This document shows, in pieces, positions 1-11,172 of a stretch of DNA of 64,000 nucleotides. Numbering within the stretch: position 1 is the first letter of the stretch; every line of letters begins with the position of its first letter. The stretch is from Protoeuglena noctilucae. Lineage: Eukaryota. Under the pieces are notes generated by a model that saw nothing but the letters and a program-made list of their open reading frames with translations, was not told the origin of the DNA and did no database searches. Location: positions 1,178,001-1,242,000 of the forward strand of contig OY253671.1 of NCBI GenBank assembly GCA_958009085.1. Reading direction: 5' to 3'. The position numbers and the translations under genes are program-made.

Positions 1-1895
1 TCGATGCGCCGGGTCATCCAGGAGACGATCCACGACAGCCTGGAGGCCTTCCAGGCGGTGCTGGGGCAGCTGACGACCACGCAGCTGACGACTGCGGACG
101 GCCCGAAGGACATCAAGCACACGACCGAGGCGCGGGTGGATGAGTGGGCCGCCCCGCTGATCGAGAGCGTTACGGACAACTTCGCGGCCGACCGGCTCCT
201 GGGATCCGGCGGCTTCGCGAAGGTCTATCGGGCGACGGTCGCGGGGTTCCGGGGCAAGCGGCGCGACGTGGCGGTGAAGCGCTTCTTCATCCAAGACGAG
301 AGCGCCGTCGAGGAGCAGGTGCGGTTGCGTGAAAAGAGTGACACTCGCGGCTCATGCAAGAGGGTCTGGGTGCGCATGTGGTGGTTGCATGCGGTGCTTG
401 CAAGGCAGTGCAGTGTGAAGAAGGGGTGTCCGGATGCGATAGCCACATGTGAGGCCCCGTACTTGATACCCAGTACTGGCTGCGCCCTCCCTGCTCCGCA
501 GATTTTAAACGAGGCGGAGATCCTCGGGACCCTGAAGCACGCGGGCATCGTGCGGCTGCTGGCCCTGTGCTGGAAGCCGGCCTGTTTGGTGTACGGTGAG
601 CATGTGGCGGGCGAGCGTGGATAGCAGGAAGACAACATATTGATGGAGACTATCGTTGACCAATGACCCCAAGCGAAGGCCACATTGCACAGCGCCTCGT
701 CTCCGCCGCAGAGCTGTGCGAGGGCGGCACGGTGGCGGACAGGCTGGAGGGGCGGCAGGGGGGCCTGGGGTGGCAGGCGCGCGTGCGTGTGCTGCGAGAG
801 ACGGCCGTGGCGCTGCAGTTCATGCACTCGGCGCGCGGAGAGGGCGCTTTCTCCAAGGGCGTCTATCACAGGGACATCAAGCCCGCCAACCTGCTCCTTT
901 CGGTGCCGGGAGACGACGCCAGCGTCAAGCTGGCCGACTTTGGCGTGGCGAGGGTCGTGGATGAGGACAGGGAGGCAGGCGCCAGTGTTACTACCCGTTT
1001 GATGGGAACAAGCGCGTACATGGTGAGCGGTGGTGTCAATTGACAAAGCGGGTGCGCAAGTTTGGGCGCCGTGTGCTGTGGGCAGCCGCCGTAAGGGCTT
1101 GCAACATGCAACTTTATCACATAACTCGCCGCGCAGGACCCCGTCTACGTGCGCACACGCAAGTACGGCCCGCACTGCGACGTGTACTCGCTCGGGGTGG
1201 TGATGGTGCAGCTGGCGACGGGGTGCTCGGGCCCCCGGGCGCTGGTGGTGGCCGAGGATCCCTCCGGGGCGACCCCAGACGCTAAGGCCGGCGACTGGAT
1301 GGCGGCGGTGTTCACGGAGGTGCTGCAGATGGGCCTGCGGTGCATGCGCGACCGCCCCGACGACCGCCCCTCGCTGCTGGAGGTGATTGAGTCGCTGCGG
1401 GCGGCGGAGAAGGCCGGGGCCGAGGGCGACGGGACGCTGCTGGCGACAACGGCGGAGATCCGGAGGCGCCACGAGGAGCACGAGCGGCTGAAGCAGGCGC
1501 TGCTGGCGGAGCAGAGCAAGGTGCGGGGCAGGTCTAGAGGGCATGCAGGGTGCGGGTGGTGCGAGGCGAAGCATGGCGGGTGCGGGCAGAGGGCGGACAG
1601 AGGGTGGGGCGGTGCTACGCAAAGCATGGGCGGAGCAGCGGGGTTTGTTTGCATCGCGAACCTCCGCCCATCTGCGCATCCCTCGCCCCGCTGTTGACCC
1701 CCACACATGCCCAAACAAGCCATCCCATTTGATTGCGCGTCACGCCATGCCGCCTCGCGTACGCAGTTGGAGGCGCAGCTGCAGGCGGCGCAAGAGGCGG
1801 AGAAACTGGACGAGGAGCGTCGGCTTATGGAGGAGAAACTGGCAGAGATGAGGAGGCAGCTGGAGGAGAGGACCCGGGGTGCCGGGGCCAAGTGA
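1..1895 (+). CDS. Ser/Thr protein kinase, IRAK/Pelle (RLCK)-like, with C-terminal coiled coil; probably 5' partial
   Basis: Exons ~1-318, 502-595, 712-1022, 1137-1520, 1767-1895 join via GT-AG introns. Motifs: LGSGGFAKVY, VAVKRF, YHRDIKPANLLL, KLADFG, GTSAYMDPVY, DVYSLGVV. TGTAA at 1968-1972. Confidence 0.85.
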
Positions 1896-2973
1896 GGGGC
1901 CCTGGACAGTCCAAGGGTTTGTTTGTGATCATGCGATGGTGTGCAATGGGCTCTCGGGTCCTGTCGATGTAACTCAGTTCCGCTGTGTTCGTTGCGTGTT
2001 GGGTTTGCAAGTGTGTCTGTTGCCGTCTTGTCGTGTCACAATACGTGTCTGTGCGTGTCTTGGTGTCAGCTTCACACAGCTAAGCGTGCTTTGGCCGGGG
2101 GCGCGGGTGCAGCGCATGCGTCCCTCGGCAGTCCTTGCCGCTGTGCCATGGGTGTCCCAATTGCTGTGCCTTGCTCGTTTTACTCAATCTTGCGATCTCC
2201 CACGCATGGCGCGTGACCAGGGATGAATGCCGTCAGGACAAGTGGGGAGACGAAATGCGACGCACGATGCACGACCTTTTGCCCCGCCGGCTAACGACGC
2301 TTGGGCATGGTGCCTAACGCCTCGCGTCCCTGCACTCTGCCCGCCCTTCACTCGGTGTGGGGCGGCGCCTTGACCCCGTCGCTACCCCCGCCCTGCAAGC
2401 CAGTGGCAAGACAAGGTGACCAATCATCGACGTCCACCAAGGCCACCTTGACACAACGAGCCACGTAGCAGGAGCCACCTCGCCGGCAGGCCTCTAACAG
2501 TGCAGCGATGCTCAAGTTATGATTACATCAAGTCATCATATCCCTCACCTGCCCCCTCATGGCCCTCGCGCGATGGATGGCGTCCCATGCGGCTTGGGAT
2601 GGCGTGCGGTCAGACGAACCCTGCGGTCGACAAGTGGAGTCGCCATGAACATGTCTGATCCAGAACAAGGCAACTACAGATGAGGTCTGTCAACAGCCCC
2701 GCACCCTCGGGCACACCGGTGCACCTCTCGCATCACATGACACCACGAGTTGCAGATCAGACATTGCAGTATGCAAGTCCACCAAGCCATCACCTGTTCG
2801 GCGTGGGAGGTGCGTGCGGTGCCCGTCGGTGGGACAGTGGAGGGCGTGAGGGAGCCCGGGAGAGGCGCCAGGGGCATCATCCCACCCTGGGTCGCCTGGG
2901 TGGCCACAGAGTCTTTGGCGAGGCTCCCGGGGCCACGGGAGTGCTGACTCGCGTCGTCTACCATGAAGACGCG

Positions 2974-5900
2974 CTACCCCCCGCGGGACTTGACCACCGT
3001 GGCATCGCCCAATGACTCGAGAGGGTCAGCTGCGTTGATCGATGGCCCCGAGAAGGCACTCTCCACGTCGCCCTCGCGGAACCCGCCGGCGCCGCGCGAG
3101 GCCCCGGCGACGGAGGCAGCGGCGGCGGGGAGGCGGCGGCGGCGGCAGCAGCACCTGCGGGGGACAAGCACGGGTGCGTGATTGAGTGGGCGACGGTGGG
3201 TGCACTGTCACACTCAGAGCTGTGAGAGGTGCCGGGCAAGGTCACGCGACATCGCATTGGGAGTGAGTGCAGACGTCAGTGACTGCAGAGGCTCAGTCGT
3301 GGCGAACACGGCTGTAACGCGCAGTGCCTGCCGCTCGCCTTCCAAGCACCATGGCGAGCACCCATCCGAGCAACAGTGCCCCGACGAGACTCAGCAGCAC
3401 CACAGCTGCGATGGCCCCCGCAGAGGGCGCAGAGTGGGCGGGCTTCTCCTTGGCAGGTTGGCTGCCTGCGCTGCCGGCAGCGTCCTGCCCACCGTCGGGG
3501 GCAGCCCGGGCGCTGGCGTCTGTCGGGGCTGGCACTGGTGACTTGGGCTTTCCGGGTGCCTGGGCTGGCGTGGGTTTGGGGGTCGGGACGGGGGCCCCGA
3601 GGGGCGCGCAGGGCTGCAGATCTGTGGAGCCTGGGACACGGCAGACGGACTTGTCTTGCATGGGGCCCGCGTCCGGGATCGTGAAGCCCACTGCGGGAGG
3701 GATGGGGGCAGCAAGGATGGGTGTCAGTGTCGCCGGGCACGCTAAGTGCCACTTCGCATGTGAGCGCATGTGAGCCACTGCGCATGCACGGCACGGCATG
3801 GCATGGAACACTGGACTAAAGGCATAAGTAACTCACTGGACGCGCAGTCGTGGAAGACAGTCGTGCCGATGGCGAAGGGGAACTGGCAGCGCTGCCCGGA
3901 CGTGCTGTACCGCTCCAGAGGGAAGAGCTGGGCGGCCCTGGGAAGATCAAGAATGGTGGCAGTATGGGTGACGCTGCGAAATCACAAACGGTGTCCATGG
4001 TACAAGCTAGCAGGGCAGCCATTGGCCACGCCTCACTGCTGTAAGGGATCGGCGGCGAGGGCGGCGGGCGCGTCTGGGGCGCCTGGGCCGACGTGGCCGG
4101 GGTCTGCGCTGTGGACGGCATCGTACATGGCCTGGACCTGACCGGCCGTGAGGGGCGTGTTGAAGAGCATGACCTGGGCCAGGTTTCCTGAGAAGTGCCT
4201 GCGAGTCAGTGACGAGCAGAGTGTGCCGATTTATGCATGTTGCACAAGCATGCACCCATGCGACATTAGGACGGAGCAAGGACGCACTGCCACCTCAAGA
4301 GAGCTCAGCCACCTCACAGTGAGTGTCATCAAAACCCACCAACAGCTCTGTGTCGTGTCAGCATCCAAGTTCTGCCCACACCCCCACGCACGCACCTGGT
4401 GGGCTCCCCATCCGACCGCCCGCACAGCACGATGGGCCCCGTGGAGAGCAGTGGGTCGCCACCGTCCGGCTGTCCGTCCGGGGCGGTGTGAGCGTCCATG
4501 GTTCCCACGAGCTTCCCGTCCAAGTACATCTGGTAGCCCCTGCCACCCCCGGGGATGGTGGTGAGCACGGCCTGGTGCCAGCGCCCGCCGTCCTGGTCCA
4601 CCCACGGCTGCTCCGTTGCGTTGCGGGGACCCTCGTCAGCACCGACGAAGTTGTCCGAGTCAAGGAACGTCCCTGCGACGAGTGAGTGAGGGTGAAGGTA
4701 AGGTCGTAAGGCGGCAGGCAGCAGTGCCAGTGTGAGGGAGCCGAGCGCACGGGGGGCGGCGAGCGCAGGGGCGCCATGCGTGCCGTCGCATGTCACGAGC
4801 TGGCCATGCGCACTCACGGACTCGGGTGTCGTTCGAGTCCTTGAAGATGGATCGCAGGAGCCCGTACGACGGCTGCTGGACGTCGGGGAGGAAGAGGTGG
4901 ACTTGGTTGGGGAGGAAGAAGGTGTCGCTGGCAGATGCGCCCGCGCTGAAGGGCGGCCCCGTGGAGAAGATGTAGCTGTGGTCGATGCCCTGGAGAGTGT
5001 TGCTGTTGGCCTTGAACCACAGCGACAGTGCGAAGGCACCCGTCATGCCGAAGGGCACTGGGTCGACGCTGCGTGGGTCAGGGTAGGCCGTGCATCCTTC
5101 ATTAGAGGTGGAACCCATGAATCTGCCCGAGTCTGCCTGGCGATCGCACTCCACTCTCTGGTGCATTTCTTGTGATGCAACCATGGGCATGTGCCGCAGG
5201 GTGCCGCACCTGATGGTAGAGTCAGTGCCGTTGCCGCAAGAGAGCGCCATGCCAAAGACGGAGTCAGGGACGAAGGACGCCGTGCCGTTGGTGTTGCCCG
5301 CGTAGAGTTGGAAAGGCCAGCTGGTCTGCGGACCGTAGCAGGAGACTGGTCATGTTTGAGGGTAGCCTTGCATGACAATGCCTGCGCAGCTAACAAAGCA
5401 ACTTGCACAGCTGTGTTCGTTGGGGTGGAGGCGCAACAGTCCAGGCAGGCCATCCACTCACCGCGTCGCCAGCCAGCGGCAGCCATGCCATGGGCATCGG
5501 CACTGAGGCTTCCTTTGCCGGGGCGTGGAAGGTCCCTGGGGGCTCTTTGGCGCACGACCCCGCCGCCCCTGCCATGGACGCAGACGGCACGCACACGAGC
5601 CCTGAGGGGCAGCTGCCCTGGCTGAAGTACGACCCAGCGGGCGTCACTGCGGCCCAAGAGAGGTGGAGACAGCGATAGATGCACATGCCTGGCACGCCGG
5701 CGGACGGGCCGAGCATGTGCGTGACTGAGTTGGGCGACTGAGGCGCACCCTCACCGTCAGTGCTGGCGATCGTGCAGTCCTGGCCCTCCCCGGGTATCGG
5801 TTGATCCGAGGGCGCGCTCGGGGAGGTATTGGCGCCAGTGCCTGGGATGCCGTAAGCGTCCTGGGATGGGCCGCTCTTGTCAGGGACAGAGGCCGGCTGG

Positions 5901-8377
5901 ACGGGGGGCACGGTGCCAGCCGGCGCGCATTCCTTCCAATCGCCACCCTGTGCGATCGGAACGAAGCCGTCATGCCCGCTGGCCTGCTGTAGCTTCATGC
6001 TTGTACGCGACGGACTGCCACTGTCGCTCATCAGAGCTGCCACTCACCACGATGCACAGCGCCGTGCCCATGAAGTCCACGCAGTCGTACACTTGCTCGC
6101 CGTTCCACGTGGCCGGGAACTGGCACTGCTGGCCGTCAATGGTGTACCGCACACTGCGCGGGTCGAGGGTCACTGATGTCAGTCACTCCCGATGGTGTCA
6201 CGTGAGACTGGCAGCGAGTCGCAGGCGCCTTATGCATCACTAGTCTTTTCTAGTGAGGCTCACTTGTCAATGGCGCCAGAGGGCATCTGGTCTGACGCGG
6301 CGGTGGGCTGAGGAGCCGGGGATGCGTCCTTGGTCGCAGCGTCGGCCGCGGTGGGTGTGGGCGACCCCGCCGAGCCTCCCTGAGCAGTGGCGGGGGTGCC
6401 GCTCGGCGTCTTGGCTGCGTCCAGCACCGCAGTCTGCAGTGCACTCGCCGAGAGCATCTGCCTCGATCCGTCGTACAGCTGCTGCACCTCGGCGGAAGAC
6501 AGGGGCTCTGTCCAGAAGCTCAGCTGCGACATGTTCCCTGCAGAAAGAAAGAGAGGGGCGGGATGGCATGGTCTCATGCCATGGGATCATGGGCTGGCAT
6601 GGCGGGCAGACTGCGCGGGTGCTCGCGAGGGGAACGATTGGCGGTGTATAAGCAGAGGCTAGGATAGGACGGGTGCAGGACAGCGCCGCACCCGAGAAGT
6701 GACGCTGAGAGTCTTCGTCGCCACGACCGCACAGGTAGATTGGATCAGGGATGACGATCGGGTCGCCACCGGGTGGGTTCGCCATGTTGTTCTTGTCCAC
6801 TTGGGCCACCAGCTGTGCGTCCAGGTACAGCCTGTGGTTGGGGCGGGTGAGTGACTTGCGACGGCGGGCGGTGGCACCACCGCCCACCAACCCTGCAGGG
6901 TCTTCCCAATGCGGGCACAGGTACCCCGGCAGCTGTGTGAACCATCCACAGGCTCACCGGATGCCCTTGTCGCCGGACGGCTGAGTGGTGACGGTGACCA
7001 TGTGCCACTGCCCGTCTAACACGGCCGGGCCCGGGGGCGCCTGGTTCGCCCCACCGCTCTGGGCCTTGGCATATTCGTCGTGGGTGCCGTCCGAGTCGAG
7101 CCAGAAGGCCTTCGGGTCCCCCGTGGCGTTGTCCTGGGCCCCCTGCACGTCGTTGGAGTCCTTGACGATGACGCGGACCACACCGGCGTCAGGGTTGCTC
7201 GACTCAGGGACCATGACCTGGACGCTGTTGGGGACGAAGGCGTTGTAGGTGCCGGACGCCGTGGCGTTCTGCAGGCTGGCCTGGCTGAAGAGGTACTCGA
7301 AGTACTCCCTGCAGACCATGAGGGAAACACAGGAGGCTTGAAGTACTTTATGCAGAGAGGCAGGGACACACAGCAGGAGGGTGGTGGCACGCGCGCCATA
7401 CCCCAACACCAAGGGTGACTGCGCCGCAGGGCTCCACAGTGAGGTCTCCAAATCCACTCACCCTGCACTGTCGACCATGTGGAACCAGAAATTGATGCTG
7501 AAGGGGCCCTTGGCACCGTAAGGCACCGAGTCGATCAGCACCAGAGAGGGGCTCTGGCCGCCCATGCAGGAGAGGGCCCCGCCGAGGATGGAGTTGGGCA
7601 CGAACGTCGCCTGCGTAAAGGGTGCTGTGTGCCAGGTGCGCCTCCCACGCCAACCCTCGGCCAAGTACGCTACAGACAAAGCGCCCTTGGCGGCAACTCA
7701 CGTTGCGCGCGACGGAGTCCCATGCGCCCAGGGGCGGCCACTCCGTGGCGTTGTTGGCGAGCGGGAACATGGCCAGCGGGACCGGGGCGTCCCCTTTCGC
7801 GACCGGGAGGAGCCACGTGGGGTAGCCGGTGTCGGTGTAGGGCGCCACGCTGCGGGGGAGCTCAGCGAGGCGCGCGTCAATTCCGGACGCCCACCTGCGC
7901 CGCGAAGAGTCGCACCGAAGCGTTTCACCACGCACCAGGCCCCGTTCAGCCCCAGGTCGGTCATGGCAGAGGTGAGGTTGGCCCTCTCGGCCGCCACCGG
8001 GTGCAGCGGGATGCACGCGGTCCCGTCAGCGCACGCGTCGCGCGCTGTGTTGCAGAGGGGCCCGTCATACTTGGCTGCCTGCGCGGGATGGCGCAGAACG
8101 GCGCGCATTCGCGGGGTGTGCAGCGCCCAGCAGCACTCGGTGCAAGCGGCGCCGCGCGAGGTCGCTGCGCTCTGGGATGCCAGCCAACGGCTAGAAAAAG
8201 GAACGATATGGCATACAGCGACCAGCAGAGTCGTCCTTATGCGGCCTGGGCGCGGCGCGGTGCCGGGCATGGCGCTGGGCAACGCACACCGTGCTCGCCG
8301 CCCACCTGCGCGCAGATGCCTAGCCCGAGTGCGGCGAGAACGCTGAGCGCGAGAAGCGCCTTTCTGACGGAGGGCAT
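2974..8377 (-). CDS. Type I membrane protein: signal peptide, 2x [Cys-rich + LamG/ConA-like + FN2-like], Pro-rich stalk, TM helix, cytoplasmic tail
   Basis: ATG 8377 MPSVRKALLALSVLAALGLGICA. About 17 exons splice in frame. LamG-like motifs occur twice (FSINFWF/WHMVTVT/LYLDAQLV/IYLCGR and FALSLWF/WHQAVLT/MYLDGKLV/IVLCGR). TM AIAAVVLLSLVGALLLGWVLAMVLG, then a GC-AG intron (3338-3155) giving R-CCC-RRRR. TAG at 2976-2974; a possible extension to 2348 is in findings. Confidence 0.75.
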
Positions 8378-8711
8378 GCTTGGTGAACGCAGGCCCAGGA
8401 ACTTGGACTCCGGGCGGTGGGAAGCACAGCTCGTGGTCCTCGGTCGACGCCGGGTCTCGGTCGACGTCCGACGCACCTACAATGTGCTGCTGGGCGCCCA
8501 CGCGTGTCGTATCGGGGACAGACGGCACCGCGCTGGGTCTGTCTTGCAGCATGACGCAGGCCGGTGCCGCGCCACGCGCGCTTCGGTCCCACGGACCCAT
8601 TCCACTCTATTTCAGGTTCACAACCGATGCTAGACAGATAGCTAGGGGTCGTCCAGGTCGCAGGCAGATGGGTGGGTCGCAGTCGGCGACGCTTCTGTGC
8701 TGCCCTTGGCC

Positions 8712-9687
8712 TCAGCTCTGCGCCGGCCGCGCCTGCTGACCCTGCTGGGCTTGCTGCGCCCTGCGTTCCGCCTCCACCTCCCTCTGCGGCCGACGGGGTT
8801 ACGAATTTCAGGGTTCCTCACCGGGGGCACGCAGCAATCGATAGCATGCAGATCTCATGCCCACACCGCGTGACACACCTTCAACTCGTCAAAGTCGACG
8901 CACTTTGTCAGCAACCACATCAGCCCGACCCCACCCAGCATGACCAGGACCACGGGGTTCCGCAGCAAGGCCAGCACGTTTGTGCTCTGCGGGGAAAGGC
9001 AGGATCGGGTCAGGACGTCCCCGGCCACGTCATCCTTTTGGCTCTGCCGATGCATGCTACTCAGGGCCACGCTGTGCCACGCCCACTGCCCAGCATGGGG
9101 CCATCGCCCCCCCCGGTGCCACTGCTGCACCGCCGCACCTGTCGGAGCTCGTACATGTGCGACAGCCCCAGGGCCGCGATCTCGAACCGATCCCCGTTCA
9201 TGGCGAGCGGCTTGTGGTTCATGTCTGCGAGCCACAGGGTCAGCTCCCCCAGGCTGTCCACCTCCACGCGCACGGCAGGATACGCCAGGCCTGCGAGGAC
9301 ACAGGTCTGAAAACCCTGAGGAGCCCCGTGGCGCGTGACCAACACGCAGAGAGCAACGGCGTCGCCCTCACCGTTCGCGCGGACCTCCAAGCGGTAGATG
9401 CCCTCTGGAACGTCCGCGAATTCAAAGTTGCCCGCGTCCGGCCCCTGCTGCACGATGTACGCCGTCTGAGAGCCCTGGGTCGACTGCAGTAACGCGTGAG
9501 CCCCGGCCACCCCGTCGCGGAGGAACTTGGGCATGGTTGTGGCCATCTCCTGGTTCGCCGGGTACACGCCTGGCAACACGGCCCGACCACGTAGTTGGAC
9601 GCGCGCCACCTCATCCGCGGCTGCGACACCCAGGGCCAGCGAGGCCAGCGCCGCGCAGAGACACCACGCGGCGCGCATCGCGGCCAT
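8712..9687 (-). CDS. EMC7: ER membrane protein complex subunit 7-like (DUF2012)
   Basis: Signal peptide, GNFEFADVPEGIYRLEV, YPAVRVEV, and LLRNPVVLVMLGGVGLMWLL..VDFDELK TM segment; 4 exons, TGA at 8714-8712. Confidence 0.7.
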
Positions 9688-10105
9688 CCCGGCACGCGGG
9701 CTGGCTGCGGCAGTCCGCGGGGTTCGCTTACAGGGGTTCTACAAGTCACGGCGCGTTCATCCGAAAATTTGTTTTTGCCAGTAAGGATTCAAGAGATCAT
9801 ATGCAGCGCGGCGGGCGTTCGCGGCAGCTGAAGAAGGTCGTGCCAGCCTCTGGCGCCACTGCCGGTGGCCGATTGCAGCCCTGCGCACACTGCGGCACAG
9901 CCTCGACGCGCGCAGCCGTCACTTCCGCACGCAGAGTCGCACGCAAGAAGCGAGGAAAATCCAACGGGTCGCCATCGACGCCAAACGTCGGCTAGTCCAA
10001 GACAGCGGAAGTGCGCCCGCACCCCCGCACAGTGGGCCCGGCAGAGCTTCTCTCGAGCGTATCATTCGCTGCCTGAGGACTGACAAGAAAGGCTCGCGTC
10101 CCGCC

Positions 10106-11016
10106 ATGGAAGGTATGCAGCGCAGCCGCAACGGAGCACTCCCCGTCTAACGTTCGCCCCGATATACAGAGCTCGCGCGGCCGTTCTCGTCGCAGCGGGG
10201 CTGTCCCGGCGCAGGGCTAGTTTGCTGCTACACGGCACGTCCTATGCGGTCTCGACCTATGTGTGGTGGTGGCACACGACGGATGCCGCCAAGCGCCTCC
10301 CGGGTGCCACGAGTTATGGGTGGTTTTTCAGGCAAGCGAGCGCCCCTGATGTCGCTTTAGCATTGACGCTGCTGAGGACACTCGCGACGTCACTTTTGCA
10401 TCGCCCGTGCCCCGCAGGTACCTCACCTTTTGCGTCTTCACGCTCCAGGTGGCGCAGGCAGGCCTCGCGCTGCTGCAGGACATGGGAGCGGTGCCGTTCC
10501 TGGACGGCTTCGTCGACGCCTTCTCCTGCGCCGTCATGCCCTTAGCCAACGTCGTGACGGTCATGTACTTCCTCGTCGACCGCCTCACCGTCGGCGCGGT
10601 GGAGGGTGGGAAGGAGCTGCGCCCGTGGTGGCTAGAGTTCGCGGTGCATCAAGGAAACACCATCTACGCCTGGCTCGACGTCCTCGCGTCCGAAAGGCGC
10701 TCCTTCCCGGCCCTCTCGCGCACGCTCCTCCTGGCCATCGCCCTGAGCTACGCAGCCTGGATCAACACGATCAAGGCCTGTGAGAGAGGAGCTGCGGACG
10801 GCGCGTGCCTTGTGTCGTGTCCTGAACCCCTACTTCATCCCACCCGCTTCGCCTGCAGTGACCCGAGAGTTCCCCTACCCTTTCCTCAACGCACTACCCC
10901 AGCCGTACGGCATAGCGGGCACCATCGGCGTCTCGCTCGCCCTTTCCTTCTTTTTCTGGCACCTGGGGCGCACCATTCGCCATTTCAAAGCCAAGGAGAC
11001 CAACAAGACGCTCTGA
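10106..11016 (+). CDS. FAR-17a/AIG1-like multi-pass membrane protein (putative Thr hydrolase)
   Basis: Spliced MEGLVLLLHG...GWFFRYLTFC (junction via GC-AG intron 10332-10417), AVHQGNT, FPYPFLN; several TM helices. Confidence 0.75.
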
Positions 11017-11172
11017 TGACGTGCACCGCTGTCGCGCGACGCACGTTGAACGAGCACAAGTACAAAACCAGGGCTGGGGGAGAACAGAACGAGGATAGGC
11101 CGCCGCGCACCGTCGCCACGGCCTCGCGAGCCGCTGCGGTCTCGGGAACAGGCTGCCCGTGCCTGCCCGCGC

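Noticed and set aside
225..1718. 497-aa minus-strand ORF and many other long ORFs in the track (e.g. 14046-15302, 15330-16451, 59530-60696)
   Set aside because: These are shadow or antisense frames of GC-rich genes and introns, Arg/Pro/Ala-rich with no recognisable motifs.
2393..2548. Possible intronic C/D snoRNA (ATGATGA on - strand)
   Set aside because: No downstream D box (CTGA) or terminal stem is visible.
2974..2976. Non-standard genetic code (TAR = Gln, as in some ulvophytes) as the explanation for the in-frame TAG
   Set aside because: TAG or TAA ends RPB8, ubiquilin, ACC, haspin, purF, the CaM-like gene and FSH1 at plausible C-termini, and I found no other internal TAR in conserved exons.
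3293..3338. Unspliced end of the LamG gene at TGA 3293
   Set aside because: The GC-AG splice gives a more typical juxtamembrane CCC-RRRR and a coding-like exon. The unspliced end is disfavoured but not excluded as an isoform.
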